From positions 1 through 64,000 of IMG/VR virus record IMGVR_UViG_3300050821_005528: a stretch of 64,000 nt of DNA, one strand, 5' to 3'. Below the pieces are notes generated by a model that was not told the origin of the DNA, made no database searches, and saw only the letters and a list, made by a program, of their open reading frames with translations. The DNA comes from a virus. Positions 44,201-51,185 of the stretch are shown in pieces (position 1 is the stretch's first letter; each line of letters opens with the position of its first letter). The translations under genes and the position numbers were made by a program.

Positions 44201-45003
44201 AAGCTGCGAAAGGTGAAGGGCAACCCAAGGGCGGAATATCTGGCCAAACATCACGAGTCCCTGGCGAGGCTGCTGCAAGAGCGGCAGAACGCGCGCAAGG
44301 CCGCGCCCCCAACGTCGAGGCCCTGAAGCAAGCCTCGGCCGTGCGCCTGGCGGATCGCATGGGCTTAACGCCTGGAATTCAGCATCTCGCCATGATCGGC
44401 AAGACGGATGCCGAAATTGCGGCGATGACCCGCGGTCGGTTGCCTGTCGATACCGTGCGCATGGTGCGGCAGCATCTTGGCATCGGGGCGCCGAGTTCAT
44501 TGATGCGGGCGGATGAGGATATACCGTTTGCGGCGGGTGGCGCCGTCCCGACGCCGGCGCAGAGGGAAGCCGGCAACTATAAGAAGCACCACGGGCGCAT
44601 TCACGGCCTCGAAATCGCTGTCGAAAACATGAAGGGCTCCGAGCGTTCCGGCGTCGGCCGCGACGGCAAGAAGTGGTCCGTCAACATGCCGGCGCACTAT
44701 GGGTACATCAAGCGAACGGAAGGCGCCGACGGCGATCACGTCGATTGCTATATCGGCCCGCATACCAAGTCGCGCAAGGTGTTTGTTGTCGATCAGTACG
44801 ATGCGGATACCCGCAAGTTCGATGAGCACAAGTGCATGCTGGGCTTCGGCACGGCAGCGCAAGCGCGGCAGACGTATCGTCGTGGGTTCTCGGATGGCAA
44901 GGGCGCTCAACGGCTGGGCCATATGCGCGAGATGTCGATCGAGGAATTCAAGGACTGGCTGCGCTATGGCAATACGTCCCGACCGATCAAGGAGGTTGCC
45001 TGA
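41263..45003 (+). CDS. giant multidomain virion-associated protein, 1246 aa
   Basis: The longest ORF in the window. The C-terminal domain is AGNYKKHHGRIHGLEIAVENMKGSERSG...GYIKRTEGADGDHVDCYIG...VVDQ...FDEHKCMLGF. Confidence 0.8.
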   Translation: MADAFDPDAFLSGPAVPSGGFDPDAYLKTAPAESSAAAYYRQQHADLVAAAKQKTAIGPDQSASIFGTPIEKQGKDYGENLDLYYDAAAKRVHEGVEGLLRKPQLNPSPGPLSGPFAGPSVGSNLFDIAAGVGQGIVAPVTAALNPTWEKYTGIPGGEAVDAVLGGRSLKGVAAMRQIAGLPAEAAAAARAPATGNALTWTGANAGHSPPVDMGALEGALAPGELPSGGAPALLPEAGAPAAIPQAAEAAPAATPRPGQNDNVRLLGPTVPHAGRASVGAAAADVDPLAGYAPETIAKARASLAENGLDNPHVLEQVLDETSQHHTLGELAPGLETKMGGIAAADTGEARNTIVQTMRERAREAPQRMAAVFDRVFGEPQNRAELQRSIEAERAKTATPLWRTFTNTTVAPTPEIRSLLPRLDAAGALKAANKAMREEGLPAQQGFGRMVTDEAGEWAQEVEHVPTAAAFQYAKEHLDSLIEKSLAEPGGAKAARRYTLLKNDLVNAIDNHPDPNVAGVWQEARQAWQRPTELIEAQKLGRRMLTNNIDRDDVLHLTAGWSPERLEHLEIGLRGYLEDLEKANRNPRRVSNRLMDAVLSPGNQEKIRSVLREDRANELIDSIRHEEAMHGAPDRVYGNSATSSRQTAKAEFMAQPGPLEGVSLHDVMHPKTSMLKGAANFVFKKQVAKREAEAAKLREELARMFTTQGAERDAVARALIGAESPPAAGWSRPPGGPSMPSPGVAAVQQRPGGATSVPGGWRAVTPQQIAAGAVKPPRPAPIPAEAAAPKGQSLLEFLASKGGVEPTPEIMGILGKNKFLGSHGWILRKGGLSEDRARALAAESGYIANEGRGGVENRGGGTSTIRDLHEAINDEARGRKRYAMGEERMQEMSPEEQRYRFENDVMEHFDREGVAEPDGKTRSRVLELVEKEGMDPLDAHERAIMEDRDAGQDEGLPAPPPAGKRGKVYPDANAAPQGSAQAAKGEGQPKGGISGQTSRVPGEAAARAAERAQGRAPNVEALKQASAVRLADRMGLTPGIQHLAMIGKTDAEIAAMTRGRLPVDTVRMVRQHLGIGAPSSLMRADEDIPFAAGGAVPTPAQREAGNYKKHHGRIHGLEIAVENMKGSERSGVGRDGKKWSVNMPAHYGYIKRTEGADGDHVDCYIGPHTKSRKVFVVDQYDADTRKFDEHKCMLGFGTAAQARQTYRRGFSDGKGAQRLGHMREMSIEEFKDWLRYGNTSRPIKEVA

Positions 45004-45212
45004 TGCCAACGAAAATGCCTGCGTACTATGTAATGAGTACGTTGCTTGCGGGCGGCGATACGAATCGCAGGACGATCTACCGCGGGTCAGATAATGAGCC
45101 AGTATGCGTTTTCAATCAACGAATGAGAGATTGGACGGTCGGTGATGAGCGGCTGTTGAATATCTGCCTCTCGGCTCTTTTGGCGGATGCGGAAAACCAG
45201 AAAGATGACTAA
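45003..45212 (+). CDS. hypothetical protein (69 aa), lower GC
   Basis: TGATG overlap. Confidence 0.5.
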   Translation: MPTKMPAYYVMSTLLAGGDTNRRTIYRGSDNEPVCVFNQRMRDWTVGDERLLNICLSALLADAENQKDD

Positions 45213-45277
45213 TGCAGATTCCCCAGCCATCCGATGAATGGCCTTCCATGACGGCGAAGCCCGTGGAGGCGGCTTGA
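45212..45277 (+). pseudogene. 21-codon remnant (MQIPQPSDEWPSMTAKPVEAA) duplicating part of the N-terminal region of gene 45870
   Basis: TAATG-coupled to the upstream gene. Contains repeat copy 1. Confidence 0.35.
45225..45251 (+). repeat. 27-bp perfect direct repeat, copy 1 (AGCCATCCGATGAATGGCCTTCCATGA)
   Basis: Identical to 45919-45945. Confidence 0.9.
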
Positions 45278-45302
45278 AAGGGCGAAGCTTAACGCATATT
45301 TG
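45274..45302 (+). promoter_or_regulatory. weak candidate promoter TTGAAA-N17-TATTTG for the moron
   Basis: Lies inside the repeat-bounded segment, 24 nt upstream of ATG 45326. Confidence 0.2.
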
Positions 45303-45325
45303 AGGGCAACAACAGGAGAAGCACC

Positions 45326-45868
45326 ATGCAAACCGAAACACTTAGCTCGACTGTACCGCCACCTGCGCTTCCCCCTCCTGATCATCCTCCTTCCGACCCC
45401 GCTGTTGGCGCGTCAGTGTTCCCTTGGAGCGCGGCGCCGAGCGTCGCGGCGAGCGCCCATACTCACACCGAGTCAGCACCCGGTACGGACACAGCCGCCG
45501 CGCCTGCTCCTAGACATGAGTCTGGTACGGTCACGCTGACTTGGACCCTGCCAACAACCCGCGCCGACAATACTGCGCTTCCTGCCGATCAGATCGCTGG
45601 AACCGATATCTACGATTCCGCGTCCGCGACGGCGAGTGTTCCCATTGGAAGCGTGGAAGGCACAGCAAACACGTTCACCACCGCTGTTCTTGCCGTGGGC
45701 GTTCATGATTTCACGGTTATCGTTCGCGATACGAAGGGTCTTTCTTCCGGTGTCTATCAAGATGTACGACGGCAAACTCCGTCGTCGAACGTCGCGACTG
45801 TTACGGTTACGACCACGGTCGCCAACCCGTCGCACGTCACCGATCTCAAGGCTGTGCTGAATCCGTAA
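45326..45868 (+). CDS. FN3/Ig-like domain protein (moron)
   Basis: RBS AACAGGAGAAGCACC. Pro-rich N-terminus, then GTVTLTWTLPTTRADNTALPADQIAGTDIY...FTTAVLAVGVHDFTVIVRD, which is typical of an FN3-like beta-sandwich. Confidence 0.6.
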   Translation: MQTETLSSTVPPPALPPPDHPPSDPAVGASVFPWSAAPSVAASAHTHTESAPGTDTAAAPAPRHESGTVTLTWTLPTTRADNTALPADQIAGTDIYDSASATASVPIGSVEGTANTFTTAVLAVGVHDFTVIVRDTKGLSSGVYQDVRRQTPSSNVATVTVTTTVANPSHVTDLKAVLNP

Positions 45869-45869
45869 A

Positions 45870-46103
45870 ATGCCGGCACACATTCCTCAAGGCGCTCTCG
45901 CCAACGCCATCACGCATGAGCCATCCGATGAATGGCCTTCCATGATAGAAATCGTCGCTTATTGGGGCGACAAGGGAAGGAAGGGCAAGCGGCGATCGAT
46001 CGAGATTCCGGCCGATCAGTTCTTCGGGCGAGGCGAATACGGAGCGCCGATGTCGGGCGATGCGCTTATCTGGATGGTGCAGCGGTTGCGGCGGGAGAGG
46101 TAG
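45870..46103 (+). CDS. hypothetical protein (77 aa)
   Basis: Last rightward gene of the long structural arm. Confidence 0.5.
   Translation: MPAHIPQGALANAITHEPSDEWPSMIEIVAYWGDKGRKGKRRSIEIPADQFFGRGEYGAPMSGDALIWMVQRLRRER
45919..45945 (+). repeat. 27-bp perfect direct repeat, copy 2
   Basis: Lies within CDS 45870-46103 and encodes EPSDEWPSM. Confidence 0.9.
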
Positions 46104-46251
46104 CTTCCTTAGCGGCTTCGATCACGTTGTTAAAATCGAGGCAGGCCACGGTCTTAGTTATGCTGATCTTCTCATGAAGGCGAAGCCGACTGGTGAGTTT
46201 GCGGGAGAGGCGAAGGGCCTCCATCACGGTTTCGAGTTGCTGCTTTGACAT
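46066..46251 (-). CDS. hypothetical protein (61 aa)
   Basis: Start at the internal ATG after GGAGAG. Converges on and overlaps 45870-46103. Confidence 0.4.
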   Translation of the reverse strand: MSKQQLETVMEALRLSRKLTSRLRLHEKISITKTVACLDFNNVIEAAKEATSPAATAAPSR

Positions 46252-46366
46252 CGTGGCTCTCCGTTGGATGAACAATCGGCGTAGCAACCTGCCGCGCCAC
46301 CTCGGCCAACGGGGCGAATGGATTGACTCCGATCAGCGAGATGGCGCGCATGGGGTTGGCTTTCTA

Positions 46367-46819
46367 TTATCCGTGCGCCACTCTGGCAGCGCCGGACGTG
46401 AATGTGTTGCGTTCCTCGAAAGCGTAATCATAGAGTCGCTTTAGCATGTTCGTGGCGTCGGCGAGCGAACGCGGATCAAGCTCCACCTTGCCGGCGGCGA
46501 TGAATTCCTTGAGCAAGGCGCACACGAAAATCTGCTTCTCCTTGTTCACAAAGCTGCTCGCTGCCGGCTTTGCTTCCGCTATCGGGCTTGCTGCCGGTTG
46601 CCTGTTGAATACCTCAACCGCGTTCTTTACGTTCTTCAATGTGCGGTCGCCATAGGGAACCTCAGTGTATTCCACGTCGTAGCTTTTGCCGGGTTCGAAC
46701 AGCTTGGCTTGCTCGGCAAAGACGCCAAGGCGCTGGCCATCGGTGCCGACGATGCTGCCGCGCCTCTTGGCGGGAGTGGGAGGGTCGATCATCTTTATCG
46801 TGATTGTGGTTGTGGGCAT
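46367..46819 (-). CDS. hypothetical protein (150 aa)
   Basis: RBS AGGAGCGAGTACC. Recurrent element copy 4 lies upstream. Confidence 0.65.
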   Translation of the reverse strand: MPTTTITIKMIDPPTPAKRRGSIVGTDGQRLGVFAEQAKLFEPGKSYDVEYTEVPYGDRTLKNVKNAVEVFNRQPAASPIAEAKPAASSFVNKEKQIFVCALLKEFIAAGKVELDPRSLADATNMLKRLYDYAFEERNTFTSGAARVAHG

Positions 46820-46846
46820 GGTACTCGCTCCTGTTACGTAGGTTGA

Positions 46847-46892
46847 TTTAATTCAGGTGAGAATTCCCGGGGTAATGGCGCGTGCGATCATC
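46847..46892 (-). promoter_or_regulatory. bipartite recurrent element, copy 4 (minus strand: GATGATCGCAC, 24-nt spacer, CCTGAATTAAA)
   Basis: Direct reading of the reverse complement. It ends 28 nt upstream of start 46819. Mini-ORF MIARAITPGILT (46891-46853). Confidence 0.65.
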
Positions 46893-46895
46893 GGT

Positions 46896-47075
46896 CTACG
46901 CGGTGACTTTGATCCGCACGAACTGTTCAAGTTGGCCGTCATACAGCGATTGCACTTCCATCTTGCGGAAGTCCTCGCCGTCGATCTCGACCGTGAACGT
47001 AACGTCATCGGACACGCCTTCGAGCGCTTGGCGCAGCTCGCCGATCGTCTCGATGTTGGAATACGTGAAACCCAT
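46896..47075 (-). CDS. hypothetical acidic protein (59 aa)
   Basis: Start at the internal ATG after GAGGAGG. Confidence 0.5.
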   Translation of the reverse strand: MGFTYSNIETIGELRQALEGVSDDVTFTVEIDGEDFRKMEVQSLYDGQLEQFVRIKVTA

Positions 47076-47890
47076 CACAGCCTCCTCTCGTGCGTTGCTT
47101 CGATGCCTGCTGGCAGTTCCCCGAACGCCGTGCGATAAGTCCGTGCCAGCTTGCACAGCATGTCGCTAAGCTCCTTCGGAAGCCGGAAGGGTTCCTGTGG
47201 ATCATCATTGATGCCGATGGCCTCGATCGCGGCTTTCCAGTCGGTCACGATGAGCGTTTCGACATTGCGCAAGGCCAGCGCATTGGCATTGCCGCCGACG
47301 AGGCGGACTTTGGTGTCACGTTCGGCCCTCGCCACAGCGCGGTCGGCTTGCTGAAAGCGGGCGAAGCTCGCATCCGCTGCCGCAGCGGCAGAAGCAAAGT
47401 CCTCGTCGCAGATGCCCTGCGCAGCGTTTGCTGCGGCTTCCCGGGCGGCTTGGTCGGCAGCACGGGCTTTGCGTTCGGCTTCCTCAAGCACGCGCTTGGC
47501 GGCGGCCAGGGCGGCTTGGCGGGCGGCTTCCTCGGCGGTGGCGTAGCGGGTGAGGCGGATACGCAATTCCCGGATGAGGGTGTCCCATAGGCCGGGCTTT
47601 TTGGCCTTCGGGTCGGCGTTGTGCCATTGGTGGTAGTCCGCGTTGATGGCGCGGACTACCTCATTCAGTGGCCGCACCTTGGCGTCGCGCTCGTCCTCGA
47701 TCGATTTTAAGGTGGTGGCGACGCGATCATGGATTTCCTTGGCGGCGCGGCTTTCGGTCTCGTTGGTGATGACGGGATAGTCGGACAGGAACTTGCCCAG
47801 TTCGGCTATGGTGGGCTTGGCGAGCTCGATCAAGCTCGGCGGCGCGTTATTGCCGATGACGGCGCGGGGGTTGGTGGCGAGTTGGTTCAT
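47075..47890 (-). CDS. coiled-coil protein (271 aa), recombination/replication-accessory-like
   Basis: Start at MNQLATN. Long Ala/Arg/Glu helical centre. Function unassigned. Confidence 0.6.
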   Translation of the reverse strand: MNQLATNPRAVIGNNAPPSLIELAKPTIAELGKFLSDYPVITNETESRAAKEIHDRVATTLKSIEDERDAKVRPLNEVVRAINADYHQWHNADPKAKKPGLWDTLIRELRIRLTRYATAEEAARQAALAAAKRVLEEAERKARAADQAAREAAANAAQGICDEDFASAAAAADASFARFQQADRAVARAERDTKVRLVGGNANALALRNVETLIVTDWKAAIEAIGINDDPQEPFRLPKELSDMLCKLARTYRTAFGELPAGIEATHERRL

Positions 47891-47897
47891 GGTGCCC

Positions 47898-48110
47898 TCA
47901 GAATAGCAATTCATCATCGGAAGCCGCGATCTGCGGCAGTGGCGGCCGCTGCGGTATCTCGCAGCAAGCGTCACAAGCGTAAAACTCGATCCCGCAAGTC
48001 CATCCGTGATTGAGCGGCACGTCCCGCGCTTCGCAGCAATCGCATGAGCCGAACGGGCCTTCCGGCTCGTAATCGCGCGGGTCGGTCGTCTTCCATTGGT
48101 CGTAGGTCAT
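47898..48110 (-). CDS. small Cys-rich protein (70 aa)
   Basis: CDCC...C...CDACC cysteines. Confidence 0.5.
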   Translation of the reverse strand: MTYDQWKTTDPRDYEPEGPFGSCDCCEARDVPLNHGWTCGIEFYACDACCEIPQRPPLPQIAASDDELLF

Positions 48111-48122
48111 TGTGTTTGCCTC

Positions 48123-48227
48123 CTAGAACGGCAAGCTTGAATTGGTGAGGATGAGCCACATCAGCAGCACCGCAACGAATGTGGCAATCACGATGAAGTC
48201 GCGAAGCGCGGTAAAGGCTTCGCGCAT
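48123..48227 (-). CDS. 34-aa single-TM peptide
   Basis: Hand translation gives MREAFTALRDFIVIATFVAVLLMWLILTNSSLPF. TGATG overlap with the upstream gene. Confidence 0.3.
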   Translation of the reverse strand: MREAFTALRDFIVIATFVAVLLMWLILTNSSLPF

Positions 48228-48592
48228 CACGCCGCATCGCGTCGGCAATAGCGGGCCTCGGCGGCTTCGTCCTGGACCCAGCATTCGATCCGAACCGAAT
48301 ATTCGTGCATGATGGCGTCCATGATCAGGAGCATGAAATGTTCATCAGTATCGCCATCAAGGTTGACCATCTCGCCCCTGGCGTGCGATCCGAGCTTGCC
48401 GTTGTCCATGGCAACCCAAAGATCGGAGATTTGCCAGGCGCCCCCGTCCACGTCCATATCGACGGAGATTTCCATCTTGCCGTCGATCAAGCCGGTGAAC
48501 ATCGCTTCGCCCCGGGCGTATTTCCACAGGAGGGCGACTTGGAATTCCTTGGTGATGGTGAATGTGCTATTAGTGGTGATAGCCTTGGGCAT
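48227..48592 (-). CDS. hypothetical protein (121 aa)
   Basis: Start at the internal ATG after GGAG. Confidence 0.55.
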   Translation of the reverse strand: MPKAITTNSTFTITKEFQVALLWKYARGEAMFTGLIDGKMEISVDMDVDGGAWQISDLWVAMDNGKLGSHARGEMVNLDGDTDEHFMLLIMDAIMHEYSVRIECWVQDEAAEARYCRRDAA

Positions 48593-48621
48593 GGGTAGAC
48601 TCCATGTTTTGAGGTCTAGGG

Positions 48622-48651
48622 CCTTGGAGGTGGCTGGTCCTGCCTCCAAGG
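48622..48651. terminator. 9-bp perfect-stem hairpin (CCTTGGAGG ... CCTCCAAGG, 12-nt loop)
   Basis: Lies between leftward genes 48725 and 48592. No clear U-tract on the minus strand; there is a T-rich run on the plus strand. Confidence 0.3.
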
Positions 48652-48724
48652 TCTGTCTTCCTTTGGGCTGAGGCCCGATAGGCTCGCCGTAACGAGCCCG
48701 TCGCGCATCAGGTGCTTACGCTGT

Positions 48725-48892
48725 TCAAATGAAGTCGCGTCGGGCGATCGCCTCTGCCCTCTCGACCGATGCCAACCGGTCCCATGCGGTTGCATACGGA
48801 ACGATCACGCATCCCACCACTTGGCTGTCGCGAAGCACCTCGTAGTGTCCGTGTTTTGACAAGCGGTTGCCCAGAAATCTGACTGTGATCAT
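48725..48892 (-). CDS. hypothetical protein (55 aa), divergent partner of the XRE regulator
   Basis: Start ambiguous (48892 or 48940). Confidence 0.4.
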   Translation of the reverse strand: MITVRFLGNRLSKHGHYEVLRDSQVVGCVIVPYATAWDRLASVERAEAIARRDFI

Positions 48893-48910
48893 GTCGCTTG
48901 CTCCGTGCTC

Positions 48911-48939
48911 TTGCGTTGTTCGTGGGATTGAGTTATACA
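48911..48939 (+). promoter_or_regulatory. sigma70-like promoter TTGCGT-N17-TATACA giving a leaderless mRNA for the XRE regulator
   Basis: The -10 hexamer ends 7 nt before ATG 48947, with no SD. Confidence 0.4.
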
Positions 48940-48946
48940 CGGCCGT

Positions 48947-49276
48947 ATGGCCACGTCAAGCACAAAGCTACAAGATCGTACAGATAATTCTTTCGGCGAG
49001 TACGTGAGGGCTGGCCGGGAGAAGTGCGGTTTGAGCCTCAGCGAGGCTGGCGAGCTTGTGAATTGCAGCAAGGCGCACCTGTGGGAAATGGAACGTGGCA
49101 GTTCGCGCAACCCGTCGATCGTGATCCTGGCGAACATCTCGTGCGCCTATGATCTTGATCTTGGGGAGTTGGCGCGGTTGGCGGCCCTAAGTGCCCCCGG
49201 GACAGCGCATCGGCTGGCGGTCGCCAATTGGCGAGATGCGAAGATGAAGCTTCGAACACTGAAAAGCGATCGATGA
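48947..49276 (+). CDS. XRE-family HTH transcriptional regulator (CI/Cro-like)
   Basis: FGEYVRAGREKCGLSLSEAGELVNCSKAHLWEMERG is a canonical HTH_3 sequence. Confidence 0.8.
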   Translation: MATSSTKLQDRTDNSFGEYVRAGREKCGLSLSEAGELVNCSKAHLWEMERGSSRNPSIVILANISCAYDLDLGELARLAALSAPGTAHRLAVANWRDAKMKLRTLKSDR

Positions 49277-49319
49277 TCGCACTTGCCTTTCCCCATGTCC
49301 GTCATTCTCCTGAATTAAA
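49272..49319 (+). promoter_or_regulatory. bipartite recurrent element, copy 5 (GATGATCGCAC, 26-nt spacer, CCTGAATTAAA)
   Basis: Box1 overlaps the regulator's stop codon. It ends 25 nt before ATG 49344. Mini-ORFs are MSVILLN (49295-49318) and a 24-aa ORF (49273-49347) ending in ATGA with 49344. Confidence 0.65.
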
Positions 49320-49343
49320 AGCCTTGGGCGGGAAGAAAGCGAA

Positions 49344-49640
49344 ATGACCGAACGCGAGCAAGCTCTTCTGACCGCCAACAAGTGGCTTGAATTCGACATG
49401 AACGCGCTGACCCAGATGGTCCCGGGCGATCCTGACTGCGATGCATGCGTTTTGGCACGTCAGTTCATTCGAGCCACGGATGCGGTGCTGCCCATTCCCA
49501 GCAAGGTCGATGCCGTCGAGCTCGCCAACGCGATGATGGCAATGGGCATGGTTCCGGCGATCCTTCGCGGCGCTTCTCGTTGGTCGTGGGCAGTGAAACG
49601 CGGCGAAGAATTGGCAAAGCGATTGAATGAGGTCCGCTAG
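49344..49640 (+). CDS. hypothetical protein, paralogue of 63339-63578
   Basis: Shared segment ANKWLE...VPGDPDCDACVLARQFIRA versus ANRWLE...VPGDPDCAGCVLARSYLRA. Confidence 0.6.
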   Translation: MTEREQALLTANKWLEFDMNALTQMVPGDPDCDACVLARQFIRATDAVLPIPSKVDAVELANAMMAMGMVPAILRGASRWSWAVKRGEELAKRLNEVR

Positions 49641-49642
49641 CC

Positions 49643-49864
49643 ATGCCGCCCTATGCCATCAACTGGGAAGCCGAGAACGCCAAGAAAGCAGCTCACATCC
49701 GCGAACTGCTAGGATTGCTGGAACGCTGCCGCACCGTACTCGGCAATATGGCGGCGGAAAACGAGGGCCATGCACGTATATTCCGCCGTTGGCAGATCAG
49801 CGATGAGCCTCTGCGGGCCGACGCAAAAGGATTACTCCCGCTGCTAGATGAGGCGTTGGACTGA
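49643..49864 (+). CDS. hypothetical protein (73 aa)
   Basis: Close packing with neighbours and a helical composition. Confidence 0.5.
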   Translation: MPPYAINWEAENAKKAAHIRELLGLLERCRTVLGNMAAENEGHARIFRRWQISDEPLRADAKGLLPLLDEALD

Positions 49865-50166
49865 TGACCGCCGCCGGCCGCCACATCCGCCCCGTTCCCC
49901 CGGCTTCCGCCGTCATAGATCAGTTCCCGTATCCGGTGCTTGTAATTCACCGGCCAGCCTTTATAGAAGGACATGCGGCACACGCTGCTGGCGGCTATCG
50001 TTCCGACAATCCTTGCATAAGGGGAACGATAGAGCGGCATGAGTGGAGAGCGGGTTGGGACTATGGGGATAGACTTCGAATGCGGTAAGTGCCCTGCGCC
50101 GTTCTCGCTCGCGGCGGGTGCTAACGCTAGGCACTTCGCAAGCCGCCGAGACGGGCCGCGCTTTTG

Positions 50167-50424
50167 CTAGCCGATCACAAACATCAGCCGTCCTTGTCGA
50201 TCCGTAGCAAACGCTCGCCTCGTGTTTCCCTGCGCCATGTATCGTTTCTCGGACTTGTCGTACACCATCGCCCCTGGATACAACCGCTCGAAAGCTGCGA
50301 AGTCGGCGGAAGCCTGCGGCATTGAGATTTCGAACGCGGTCATGAGGTCTAGCCGGCGGATGGAGCCTCCGTGGTGGAGGCGCCATGCAATGAAATCGAG
50401 GCGGCGGTCGCTAGCCCAGGTCAT
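50167..50424 (-). CDS. small HTH-like protein (85 aa)
   Basis: DRRLDFIAWRLHHGGSIRRLDLMTAFEISMPQASADFAAF resembles DeoR/HTH_11-type N-terminal domains. ATGA overlap with the upstream ORF. Confidence 0.5.
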   Translation of the reverse strand: MTWASDRRLDFIAWRLHHGGSIRRLDLMTAFEISMPQASADFAAFERLYPGAMVYDKSEKRYMAQGNTRRAFATDRQGRLMFVIG

Positions 50425-50588
50425 GCTTTGCGCTCCGCAATGATATGTCGGAAACATTCATCGGAAATGGCAGCAAGTTCTCGCTTGAGTTCCTTCACTT
50501 CCTTGGAGTGTTTCCCATGCTTTCGCTCGGCGCGTTCTATCAGAACGGCATAAGCCGCGCTTGCACATTCAAGGTAATGTCCATCCAT
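50421..50588 (-). CDS. hypothetical helical protein (55 aa)
   Basis: Hand-translated. RBS GGGAG. Confidence 0.4.
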   Translation of the reverse strand: MDGHYLECASAAYAVLIERAERKHGKHSKEVKELKRELAAISDECFRHIIAERKA

Positions 50589-50618
50589 TGACGACTCCCG
50601 AAAAATGGAAAGGACGGC

Positions 50619-50891
50619 TTATGCCGTCCGCCCCTTGTTGAGCCACCGATAAGCTTTCCAAGCGAGCGTTGCCGCCTCATCCTTGGTGTCGTGAGTATGG
50701 TTGAACCAAAAGCCTTCATTCGCGCCATCTACCCAACCATCCTCTTGCGAGCACCCGAGGACTTCGCGATAAGTGCCGGTCTTTTCGTTGCGGGCGAAGG
50801 CGCGGAAGCCGACAATGCCGCCTTCGTTCTTGATACCAACCTTGCCGGTGAACCCTTTGAAGTTGATCTCTGCGCCGAGTTGGTAGGTCAT
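50619..50891 (-). CDS. hypothetical protein (90 aa)
   Basis: Start at the internal ATG (MTYQLGAE) after GGAGC. Confidence 0.5.
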   Translation of the reverse strand: MTYQLGAEINFKGFTGKVGIKNEGGIVGFRAFARNEKTGTYREVLGCSQEDGWVDGANEGFWFNHTHDTKDEAATLAWKAYRWLNKGRTA

Positions 50892-51076
50892 TTGCTTGCT
50901 CCGTTCCTGATGTACGGAGATTAGCATATTTCTTTAATGGGTCAAGAAAGCAATCGAACTATCTCAATCACGAAATGTTACAGCCTCTCCCACCCTTGCA
51001 CGGTTGCCCGTTCCGATTCACAATCGCCCGCAACTGATTCGGTCTCGTGAGCGGAAACGGCATCCGTACTGGTAGT

Positions 51077-51124
51077 TTTAATTCAGGAGGACGCACCGCT
51101 TGCTGGCTCTATCCTGCCATCATC
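51077..51124 (-). promoter_or_regulatory. bipartite recurrent element, copy 6 (minus strand: GATGATGGCAG, 26-nt spacer, CCTGAATTAAA)
   Basis: Back-to-back with copy 7. It points to the leftward block (start 50891, 186 nt away). Confidence 0.55.
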
Positions 51125-51148
51125 GTTCTATGATAGGCGAACCCACCC

Positions 51149-51185
51149 GATGATCGCACGTAACCCCAAATCTCTCCTGAATTGG
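51149..51185 (+). promoter_or_regulatory. bipartite recurrent element, copy 7 (GATGATCGCAC, 16-nt spacer GTAACCCCAAATCTCT, CCTGAATTGG)
   Basis: The box1 ATG is the start codon of CDS 51150. Box2 reads TGG where other copies read TGA, so translation continues. Confidence 0.65.

Noticed and set aside
45225-45945. The 27-bp direct repeats as prophage attL/attR or transposon target duplications.
   Set aside because: They bracket only ~0.7 kb with one ORF and no integrase or transposase. One copy lies within a coding sequence whose 5' part is duplicated. Homologous or illegitimate recombination is the simpler explanation.
46252-46350. A minus-strand ORF of about 58 codons starting at 46350 (MRAISLIGVNPFAPLAEVARQ...).
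   Set aside because: It runs in another frame across the better-supported 46066-46251 gene and has no RBS. It is probably spurious.
49864-50167. ORFs 49864-50088 (+) and 49693-50040 (-).
   Set aside because: The two overlap each other, and the minus ORF also overlaps CDS 49643-49864. Neither has a convincing RBS or motif, and codon bias by eye is ambiguous. The region is left unannotated, though it may hide one small gene.
50927-51150. A tRNA or small RNA in the largest intergenic gaps (also 1112-1206, 24894-25109 and 45213-45325).
   Set aside because: No cloverleaf-compatible arms or GTTCGAATC-type T-loop were seen by eye. tRNAscan or Infernal would be needed for a definitive answer.
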